From Oopsacas minuta (taxonomy: Eukaryota; Animalia; Porifera), in NCBI GenBank assembly GCA_024704765.1, contig JAKMXF010000332.1, positions 985,080 to 1,049,079 on the forward strand: 64,000 bases of DNA. The letters run 5' to 3'. Below, one piece after another: positions 54,788 through 64,000 of this stretch. The position numbers were made by a program, and so were the translations under genes. How positions within the stretch are numbered: the stretch's first letter is position 1; each line of letters starts with the position of its first letter. The notes beneath the pieces were generated by a model, which was not told the origin of the DNA, ran no database searches, and saw only the letters and a list, made by a program, of their open reading frames with translations.

Positions 54788-56983
54788 CTATGAATTAATT
54801 ATAAGTGAATCAACAATTTCGTCTATGGAAGAATCTAGTAATCTATTTTCGGTATTATCCCTACAACACTTTGCTCTTTTTGTGTGGCCGTGTTCCCCAC
54901 ACCTTTCACAAACTAAACTTGAACGAAATTGATTCAATACAGGGTCACTTTCAGAGGCCAGTCTCACGAAAATGTCCATTGCATTATCTTCAAATGAAGA
55001 CTTCCTTGCAAGATTCTCCCTATACTTTCTTAGTAACTTGTTGCATGCCTCGGATCCCTCTTCAGAGAAACTTTTCAGACCTCGCCCAAGGTTGAACTCT
55101 TTCAAAATTTCTTCTGAGTGAGCTAATACCCTGTGTAATGTTGGGGTAATGCTCACCCAAGGTAATGAATCAACGATCAAGAGATATGTATCGGTGCATA
55201 GATCACCAAAGACCTCGGTGTTAATGATCCTGTCTGAATTGATTATTCGAAGAATAGCTGACAAGTGTGTATGTAGTTTTGAAAGTGTTTCTTTGTGTTC
55301 TGTTTCAACAACTGACAATACACACTCAATGTATTTCGAATCACAGGAAAATGCTCGACGAGCTACACTACCAGTAGAGCTAGTACCTCCACTTGCATTC
55401 GGCTGATCTATCCTCATTCCTGTCTTCCCTTCAATCAGATTTCTGACAAATATCATTGAATTTTTTATCGTCAAAGATGTTGGTGACCATGTACGTTTTC
55501 CACAATTCAAATGATAAATTAGTAGATTGAACCACCTGAAAATGCCAGTGTACGAGTGTAACGGAGATGCTGGAAGGATGTTTATTGTTGAGGTTGGTTC
55601 GTGCGTTATGTTACAACGTTGGTTTGAAGGAAGTGAGAAGAACGAATGGCTGTCTTCTATTTCACCGAAAAGTTGAATTGCATCAGTAATGTACCTGTTG
55701 ATAGGAAATCCCTGTATTATCAACTCACGATCACTGAGTTCCTTATGTGTTGCTGTACATAATTGACAACTTGCCCCACCTGCCCCAGATAGAATTCCTG
55801 CCATTTTCCCATCAAGCATTGATCGAACAATGTCGACTCGTACTTGCTGATCAGGGCCAAGAGTAAATCCTTCACTTCTCATAAGATCAGTATCAGTATT
55901 GATTAGATCGTCCATAAATCGCTTGATATTAGCTTCGTTTTCTTTCGCAGCGAGGAGGAAAATCGGACGTTGAGCAAAAGGAGAATTGGGAGTGTTATTT
56001 TTCCAGAGTTCGCGACCGCTATTGCTTATTATCTTTACAGCTCTGAAACAGAATAAGATAAACGACTTAGTATCTGTATTCGTGTTTGATTGATTATATA
56101 CAGTGTGACTTCCAGAGCCATCTAATCCGTCTGCTATCTGGAATTGTAGGGGATAATCTTGAGCTGTAGGTGGCGGTAGCGTAGACATAAGCCTGCAAAA
56201 AGTATGGCGGACGTGATGGGCATATGGCATATATACACCAAGTGGAGTTTCAGGATTGGGGTACATCTGAATATCCGACCGTAAAATTATACTGTTTCTT
56301 TCTTCTACTACCCTATAGTATGCCGGGAAACGAATATCGCTAGATAGCAAGTGATGTCGGAGTTGTGTGTATTTCCTCCTGCCAATTTCTAGGAGATCTA
56401 CAAGGAACACTGTCTTGGTAACATCGAGCTCTTTCTTCAACAATTTACCGAATTGACCCGAAAACTTGTCATAGACTACAGATTTTGAAACTTTAGCTAT
56501 TTCTCGCTGTTTTGTTTGGTTCGATAGTAGTTGCAAGGCAAGTGCAGCTATCTTGATTTCTGAAGTATTCTCAACGATTGAGAGTGCTTTGATAGATTCC
56601 AAGACATTTGAGAGTCGTGAGCGTTGTTGTTGCATCGTGAGATTGTCAATACTCTTCCTATGGCTTGCAGAGAGTGTGGATATGACTTCTTCTTCATCTG
56701 AAGACAGCTCAACGGTATCATAAAAACGGTTCCTCTTCAACTCTGGTTCCATGGATATACCACAATGCCACCAGTCTCCCTCTAAGCAATCTAGCGATTT
56801 CTTTGCCTTCCTGATCCTGCTTCTTACTCGGAGGAGCGTTGCTTCCAATTGTTTCCTTTCTTCGAAGTCCATTTGAAAGTTCTGCTCAAAGAAACTGAGT
56901 GTCGTCGAGATACAGTTGTTGTTGTCTTTCAAAATCTTCGCAAATTCAAGATGAGAGTTAGGAAAAGTTAGTTCTTGAGTCAT
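54788..56983 (-). CDS. Transib/RAG1-core-like DDE transposase, 731 aa, intact
   Basis: NBD-like RKSIDNLTMQQQRSRL; DDBD-like IGRRKYTQL; catalytic-type IADGLDGSG, RSMLDGK and SEEGSEACNK; zinc ligands CQLC and HRVLAH; tail CERCGEHGHTKRAKCC. Confidence 0.93.
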   Translation of the reverse strand: MTQELTFPNSHLEFAKILKDNNNCISTTLSFFEQNFQMDFEERKQLEATLLRVRSRIRKAKKSLDCLEGDWWHCGISMEPELKRNRFYDTVELSSDEEEVISTLSASHRKSIDNLTMQQQRSRLSNVLESIKALSIVENTSEIKIAALALQLLSNQTKQREIAKVSKSVVYDKFSGQFGKLLKKELDVTKTVFLVDLLEIGRRKYTQLRHHLLSSDIRFPAYYRVVEERNSIILRSDIQMYPNPETPLGVYMPYAHHVRHTFCRLMSTLPPPTAQDYPLQFQIADGLDGSGSHTVYNQSNTNTDTKSFILFCFRAVKIISNSGRELWKNNTPNSPFAQRPIFLLAAKENEANIKRFMDDLINTDTDLMRSEGFTLGPDQQVRVDIVRSMLDGKMAGILSGAGGASCQLCTATHKELSDRELIIQGFPINRYITDAIQLFGEIEDSHSFFSLPSNQRCNITHEPTSTINILPASPLHSYTGIFRWFNLLIYHLNCGKRTWSPTSLTIKNSMIFVRNLIEGKTGMRIDQPNASGGTSSTGSVARRAFSCDSKYIECVLSVVETEHKETLSKLHTHLSAILRIINSDRIINTEVFGDLCTDTYLLIVDSLPWVSITPTLHRVLAHSEEILKEFNLGRGLKSFSEEGSEACNKLLRKYRENLARKSSFEDNAMDIFVRLASESDPVLNQFRSSLVCERCGEHGHTKRAKCCRDNTENRLLDSSIDEIVDSLIINS

Positions 56984-57048
56984 TGAAAAAAGCGTAGAAA
57001 ACGGTTGATTATCAGCAAATTCAATTTGTTAATGTCATATTAATCATG

Positions 57049-57058
57049 TATTTATATA
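57049..57058 (-). promoter_or_regulatory. Candidate TATA box of the Transib transposase gene
   Basis: TATATAAATA on the minus strand about 65 nt upstream of the ATG; weak evidence in AT-rich DNA. Confidence 0.3.
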
Positions 57059-57630
57059 TTAGATTTATTGGTAATTGGAATGCTGCAATCGAGTAGATAA
57101 ATTTAGCATATAAATTGCATAGCAACAAAAAGGTGACAATGGAATTCGCTGAAATTTTTCATGTTGCGCACTGTTTCGGGGCGTATCATTTTAATATGTC
57201 TTTCTAGATATTATAATGCCATTTTGGAATTAATTTCTAAGTGGTGTTTTGTGGTGTTTTTTTTGCGGCCATTTGGAAGTTCTTTTTTTAAAAATATTGT
57301 ACCTCTAAAGTACCATTAGTCAAATCAACTTTGAATCCAAATGTAGTAAAGATACACTGACGAAAATGGGAAATCAGATTTAGCATAACTGAATTGTGTT
57401 GAGGAAATAAAATAAATGAGATTCGGAGAATTCTGTGACGCTCTCAAGTAAACTTAAATTGGTGCTAATATTAACATCACTGAAACCGCAAATAGAACTA
57501 TTTTTGATTGATTCTTTAAATTCATATTGTGAGAGCTATATGTATTCGATCGAATTGAAATTTGAAATTAACATTATTCAAACAAACAAGAACGAGTTTA
57601 AACCATTAAAAATGAAATCTATTTTTTTGT

Positions 57631-57656
57631 CTATTCTTTGCATTCAAACCACTGTG
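57631..57656 (-). promoter_or_regulatory. 5' RSS-like end: CACAGTG + 10 nt + AAAGAATAG
   Basis: Reverse strand: heptamer 57656-57650, 9-mer 57639-57631. Confidence 0.75.
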
Positions 57657-58749
57657 AGGTGAAGGTCGCACTATCTGCTGGCAATAGAATGGCTATGGTA
57701 TTTTGGGATATGGAAGGAATTCTACTTCTTTATTGGTTACCAGAAATGACCACCATCAACAATGATTACTACATCGAAGAATTAATGGAATTCTTATTAA
57801 TCCTTTTAATCCGGAGATGCGAGACAAGTTGACACATGGAGTACAACTCCAACATTACTACGCAATGCCTCATATAAACTCCAAAGCAATGGATGCAATT
57901 CACCACTTGGGTTCCGAATGCCCCCCTCACCTCCCTTATAGTCCAGACCTGGGTCCCAGAGACTACTGGTTATTCGGAGAGATAAAGAGGCCGCTTCGTG
58001 GGAAGAGATTTGATGCTTTTTCAACGGCCAGACAAGAAAGTGAAACATCGATAATAGGTCCATCAAAAGAATTCTATTCCACTGGGATAGAAAATCTGCC
58101 AGGACGATGGATATGATATATAGAGTTAAAGGGATAATTTTCCAAGATTTGACAACGATTATTTATTGGTTTTGGTTTATTTAACTGAATGTCAATTATC
58201 AGTATTCTGTTCGAAGCGATTTCGACTTCGCTTTCAAGCTAGATGGCGTAGAGAATCACAATATCATATCAGTATTTTCGTTGTATTTCACTTGGTCCTA
58301 ACGCGAGTTCACTATTGAGAATGTTACTAAAAATTCTATCTATTCAGACTGGGATCAAACGATTCTAGTATTTGTTTAAATGGAAATCAGGGCTTAAATG
58401 GTTGATACGAAATTTCTAATTCATTATCTAACCACCGTCCAGGGATATTGTACATTTCAACAATATATTCAGGTGTCTAATAATTTTACCATACTTTGCT
58501 TTTATAATATTAGCTCATTGTTTATTTATTCCTTTGGCACATTCCAAATTCATGTTCTGCTCCCAGATGTACTACTGGATACTACAATGATCATAGTGGT
58601 GTTGCAGTGTTTCACATTCCTTCCGGGCCGCAAGATATCGTCCATAAGTGGAAACGATTTCTGCATACAGAAGTTAATTATTTCTTTAGAACTTGGATAT
58701 AAATCAAAATGATAATTCTACGGTTGAGGCTTAATTTTTCAGTAGGTAA

Positions 58750-60600
58750 TTGTGTAATTATGTGATAGATCTTCACACGATGATAAACATTTATATTTGT
58801 GCTAAGCACTTCGATTCTGATCATATAGTTGACACGGAAACTTATCTTGACATTGATGGTCAAACGAAGATAAGATCAATAAAGGCTACTTTGAAGGAAG
58901 GTGCAATACCTAAATATCTTCCTGGTTGCCTTGATCGTCTGAATGATCAAACTATTAAATATCCAAGGCTTGATAGAGACAAAAAGGAACGTGATTCACA
59001 AATCCAGGTATGTGTCAAATATTTAGGTTGTATTCTTATATGTTTTATGGTATCGTACTATATAGGCAATTAAACAGAGCGTTGATGTATTTGAAGAAGA
59101 GCAGAAACATCACTGTCTCTATTTTAGATGCTATAAACACTAAATCACAAAACGTAAAGATCCCCCAAGAATTGATTTTTGGAATATGGGTGATGTAATT
59201 AGTATCGTCCATCTAACAACAAATAGTGGAGTTATTTCTGTAGATAGTTTTACTATTGACAAATATCTTCAAGTGAGATGTTACCATCATGGGATATTAG
59301 TGAATCTATCAATCAAATCTATTTGTGATATGCGTCAGATCTCTACATTGATTCATGAATTGTCTGATTACACAGGATATAATGCAGTTTATGAACATTG
59401 TTTCTAACATTACTCACTTTTTATAATCTATTTAGAGCTTTCACATTGCATTTCTTCTATGAAAAATAAGCTATCTCCTTGCTGAACAAGTATTCGGTCA
59501 GTCTGGTAGGATTCATAATATATTAAGATAAATTCATGTGAGTACAAATTATCTTATGGTTTTAACTACCTACAAGTCCCCAACCTATTATCCCCAGCTC
59601 TATTTTATTTTGGGCCAGCTAGAAAACTCTACTGTAAAGAAGACATGTCGCCGGGATAATATGGTTACAATGATATTACCCTTAAAGTGTCAATTACCAT
59701 CTTCTGCTTGTTACAGACTACTTCGTAATATGAATTGTGTTTCTATGACTCACGAATCATCATTCTTTCGGTTATATTCTAAATTTGCCTTGATACGGAT
59801 TTCTTGACTTATCTCAGAGCAGAAACAACCGAATTTAACCAATATGGACGTCATGTTTGCCTTGATATTGATAAGATTCATGTGAAATCTTGCATTAGTC
59901 ATGAAGGTTAGTTGTTGTATTATTGCAATTGATGAAGCGATTCTATATATTTTGTTTTTATAAGGAGAAAAGTTTATTGGTCTTGCTGGATGTTCAAAAT
60001 CAGATTAGATAGATGCAGCCAAACTGTTTTATGTTTTATGATACCCAGCTTGTATAAGAAATGGTCTAGTGTTGTGCGTTTGTTGCCATTAACCAATCCT
60101 AAAGCAACAGATTTACTTGCAATTACTCAGCAAATAATTTGTGATATCGAATAGTGTGGATTAATTGTAGATGCGATTATCTCAGATAACTATCCTTTGA
60201 ATGTGAGTCTTTTCAGTTACTTGGGAATGATACAGATCTTCTAGCCTGTTTCCCTCATCCCAATAGTAGTGCACACTCTATTTATCTAGTTTTTGATTTG
60301 TACACATCATCAGTCTATTAGGAATATATGGATCAATCAAAAAGATGATGACTGTGCATTATTTTATCCAAACTTTGAAGATATTTCCAATTCTACTCAC
60401 CAAGTACGATTGGCGATTGAACGTTCGCCAGTTCCCAACAATTTTCTAAGGTCGGATTCAAGATTACTTTTAGTGCAGCTAACTCTTCTTAAACTTGATA
60501 GTGAGGCGTTTGAAGACTTGGATTATGAGTGTTTCGATTGCTGTACAGAAGGATAGGCTTATTACATTGACTTTTGACAACAATAGCCAATTGTTTACTT
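58750..60600 (+). pseudogene. THAP-domain P-element-type (THAP9-like) transposase remnant
   Basis: THAP-like ICAKHF...LKEGAIP; CLDIDKIHVK, IVDAIISDNYPLNV, FPHP and RNIWINQK; stops, frameshifts and probable introns. Confidence 0.7.
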
Positions 60601-60989
60601 AACAATCAGGCTAAGAATCTAAATATTCCCACTGTTCCTCAGATAATAAAAGGAAATATCTCAATTATCTTCTAAATAATTACATTGTATTCATCATTGT
60701 ATTTCATAATGTGTCTTATTTTATACTTGTGTTTGTACTGGGAAGCAATTAAATAACCATACTGCTATATTTATGATAATAATAATAATACTTAAATAAG
60801 AATAAGAATAAAGTAATTTATTATGATATACATGTGTTGTAGTCTAGAAAAGTCGACTGGATCTTATCCCTAGTCCAAAGTAGTGAAATGGCCTTATATT
60901 TAGTAGGCTTTGATGTAGACTATGCCAGATAGTGACCATAGATGAGACTTGAATATACTATTTTCAGCCCAATTCTAAGCAGAAATCTA

Positions 60990-61260
60990 AGTGCTGGCTT
61001 CATCCTGATGAGCCACGGCCTAAAAACACTTCCAGATTTCTGTACCAAGGAGGTGATGTATTTATGCTATTGCGTTTGATGCATACGGTCCAGTGTCTCA
61101 AGTTTGAGTCCCAAAACGGGTAGTATGTGCTGGAAACTTTATTATACTCAAGTACTCACAGAAGTTATAAAGCACTACTTAGAGTGCCGGCCGAGAACTG
61201 GTCCAAGTGGAATAAAGCTTTTGCATGATAATGCAAGAAGCCACAAGGCTAGGAAAATTT
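60990..61260 (+). pseudogene. Mariner transposase fragment related to the 49450-50783 element
   Basis: HYLECRPRTGPSGIKLLHDNARSH parallels HYLMRRPKAGTCGPKILHDNARTH. Confidence 0.7.
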
Positions 61261-61461
61261 TTAATATTCGAAATATTCTTGAAAATTATTTAAATTGTTT
61301 TATATCCTCCTAGCACGATCGGGATAGCTTTGATAGTCTCTTGCAACATTGCATTACGTTGAGATGTTATGATATGCCGAGTATTATTGGTACTGAAGCT
61401 TTATTGATGAATGCAGTTGCTATTAGTATACCTGAAGACATACGTATATATTACTAGCTTT

Positions 61462-63879
61462 GGGTCTAGCACATTTGCGTACATCACACATGCGTACAGT
61501 ATGTTATTATTTGTTGAATTCAAACAAATTCCTATATATATATATATTTAATGATTAGGCCATGTAAAATAAAATACTTGTTTCTCATCCATTTTTTCTG
61601 CGAAATAGGGGCGGGGGGCGGCATTTTATTTTATTTTTTGCATAGCGTAATTTTACTAATTTATTTAAACTATCTCGTTAATACGAATTTCTGATAAGAC
61701 GAACAATATTCGTACATAATCAGGTCCCTACAACCGTACTTCAATGGATATTACTCCGGTTTATGAGCTCCAGAAAGGCGAATAAATTTTAACCGTACGG
61801 TCCATTGGTGTTCGTATTAAGCTTCGCCTGTATATGGAAAACGCGATTAATCTATAATTGTATATAATAATAATGATAAAAATAATAATAATAAAATTTA
61901 GTACACACCACAGGGCTGATTTTTGCCATGCAGGGAGAAGTATTTAGGCCTGACTCGGACAGGTTTGAGTCTTGGACGGAAATTCACACCTGACGAAATT
62001 ATGATACCATTGCCACCTTTTTGGATTTTGAAAAATCACATGATTAGCCAAACTGCCCAGCCACCTAGCAAGCGAAGGGCGCTAATGTTAAATAATAAGC
62101 TTGTTTCGAAGATGCTCATCTGCGAATATAAGTATTAAATAAAGATATGTATTAAAATAAAAAAATTACCGAGGAGGGAGATTAAATGGGGCGGGCGGGG
62201 ATGATAAACAAGTATATTATTTTATATGGCCTTATAACAGAAAATAACAAGTATAATAAATATAGGTATGATTAAAATCTGGTTCTAAAAGCAAGGCCTC
62301 TTAAGTACACTAATATTAGCCTGTGAAAAAATGAAGTTACTAGGTTGAATATTGCCTTTTCATTATCAATTGATTTTTTCGTTTTTTTAGGGTCTTCACC
62401 GTGGGTAAATTTCAGCTGTTTTAACTCGGCATTACCTTGTTCCGTTTTAAGGCAATCTATGAATTTCCAAATTGTAGGGTAATGACAACCACATGTGCTT
62501 TGAAATCCACGATGCCATGCTTCTACTAAGTTTGTACTTCTCGGCAAGCCTTGTGGAACAAGATGAAAATTGTTCCAAAGAGATATTGCGAAGAGAGGAG
62601 TATTCCTTTCCCCATTCAAGTTTAGAATGCCTATGTAATTTTCTCCAAAATACCTGCAGAGAGGATATGCATTTTCTGGGAAAGTCATGGTCAGCTGTTG
62701 GAAAGACCAGCCGACGAGAGTTTGGGTGGGACGAAAGCTAGAGCAGGCAGCACACGCATGGTTAATGCAAATTCCGGATCATTATGATATTCTGACTGCA
62801 GGCCAAGAGACTGAAGTTTCCTATAAACTGACTGTGAGAGATGGAAAAAGCACGCTTTCACTTGATTTAATGTCCAAATTGAATTGAAAGAATTGATTGC
62901 TGCTTGCTCAAAGTCGACGAAAAAGTAGTGCAGTTGACAATTCGGACAGGCATCACGAATAACTTTCCACATTTTAGTGTATGTGGCAATTGATTTGTTC
63001 GGGAGTAGCGCGTATACACATGGTAATAAATGACCATTTTCAAAATGATTGGCTCCTCCAATAAGACAATGAACTGTGTATAATTGGCAAAGAGAGTAGG
63101 GACTGTTTTGAATGTGCCATCGGCTAGCCAGATCTTTGACATGGTCAAAAATTCTGTTCTCTTTAGTTGCAAATATCACTATCCTATCGGGGCCAATGCC
63201 AGAGTCGTAGAATAGAAAATTCCTGTTAACATTGTCTTGATGTTTTCAGCGTCTAATTGAAGTTCTTCAAGAGATACTGGATTAGGTGGAGCAATACGTT
63301 GCCTTTTATACATCATTTTCAGAGCGTGTTGATTTGGAAGCAGAGATTCAGACAATAAACTAGTCATCTCTCCTATCACAACGTGTGGATTGTCATTAGT
63401 TTCTCTCCCTCGCTTCCTCATTAAATCTTTCATGACTGTTACCTCACCTTTACCGTATTCCTGTGGGTGAGAATGTTCCCCAGACTTTTTGATGATTGTC
63501 TCATCAACGGAGTGTATTCTAGCTTTACATCCTCGCACATCACATCGCCACTCCTTTTTGATAGCTCCCCAATGGAAAATATACAAATATCTGTCGTGGG
63601 ATAATTTGTTAGTCCCCTTTGAAGATTTGACTATTTGGAATGAAGTATCGCTATTAGCAGACATTAGATACTTGGTGATAAAATATCCAGCTCATCCAAT
63701 GCATTTTATAGATCTCGAAATAATTTTGTAATTAGAGTTTATTTATCTGTGAAACCTTTAATTAACTTGTCAAATGTACATTACATTGTACACAACTGTG
63801 ATGTACGCAACTGTGAACTATAAACATTGTACGCAAGTGTTATGTACGCAAGTGTGATGTACGCAAATGTGCGGCTCCC
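61462..63879 (-). mobile_element. FLYWCH-MULE transposon with both ends, decayed ORF
   Basis: 8-bp TSD CTAGCTTT on both sides; TIRs GGG....GCACATTTGCGTACATCACAC with tandem tgtacgcaa subrepeats; WRCDVRGCKARIH, WLADGTFK, VDFEQAA, CFFHLSQ and STNLVEAWH. Confidence 0.88.
61557..62232. mobile_element. MITE (possibly Kolobok-like) nested in the MULE
   Basis: About 34-bp TIRs AGGCCAT(G/A)TAAAATAA(A/T)ATACTTGTTT(C/A)TCATCC with 3 mismatches; degenerate TTAA-like flanks. Confidence 0.65.
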
Positions 63880-64000
63880 CTAGCTTTATGGTATTCTAAA
63901 CTTTCAGTATGATGACCACCATTATTGACTCTATTATTAACAATGTACTCTGAAGTAATACCTGGTACACATACATTGTATATGAAATTATGAATAATAT

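Larger units (their letters stand above)
54481..57656 (-). mobile_element. Complete Transib/RAG1-like transposon (3176 bp, family 1)
   Basis: Perfect 14-bp terminal IR CACAGTGGTTTGAA; AGGTG 5-bp TSD at 54476-54480 and 57657-57661; one intact 731-aa ORF. Confidence 0.96.
54040..58140 (+). mobile_element. Decayed mariner, host of the intact Transib
   Basis: DRIVAGDESWFDYYEP...PIKV on the left and KVALSAGNRMAMVFWDMEG...PYSPDLGPRDYWLF on the right; contiguous in frame once 54481-57661 is removed. Confidence 0.88.

Noticed and set aside
57169-57175. Internal heptamer-like AACAGTG on the minus strand as an alternative left end
   Set aside because: The first base is wrong, it does not share the 14-bp IR and it has no TSD. 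The 57656 end has a perfect IR and TSD and restores the host frame.
63780-63870. CRISPR-like or satellite array (tgtacgcaa repeats)
   Set aside because: Short, irregular subrepeats within a MULE TIR, with no unique spacers or cas genes in a eukaryotic context.

Overview
AT-rich eukaryotic (animal-like) DNA that is almost entirely transposon-derived; the species cannot be determined from sequence alone. It holds two host genes. One is a protein phosphatase 1 catalytic subunit gene (+): an internal exon at 3530-3979 and the last coding exon at 29441-29701, separated by a 25,461-bp intron packed with nested elements; its 5' exons were not found in the window. The other is an intronless COMMD4 (52310-52912, +). 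The rest is a layered set of Tc1/mariner-type, hAT, PIF/Harbinger, MULE, P/THAP, Ginger-like (KRBA2/SCAND3-type integrase), Helitron-like, L2/CR1-like LINE, Gypsy-like and MITE sequences, mostly decayed. The main discovery is a complete Transib/RAG1-like transposon (54481-57656). It has an open 731-aa ORF, exact RSS heptamer ends (CACAGTG), a 5-bp TSD and a RAG1 nonamer-binding-domain-like segment. Its ends are bipartite and asymmetric: heptamer + 10 or 19 nt + AAAGAATAG. A second, divergent and decayed Transib (11126-14026) shows the same design (14 or 23 nt + ATTAGCMAAATT), again differing by 9 nt and with the short spacer at the 5' end. This resembles a 12/23-type rule in RAG1-only transposons with no RAG2. 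All homology calls are by-eye motif recognition; no database searches were run.
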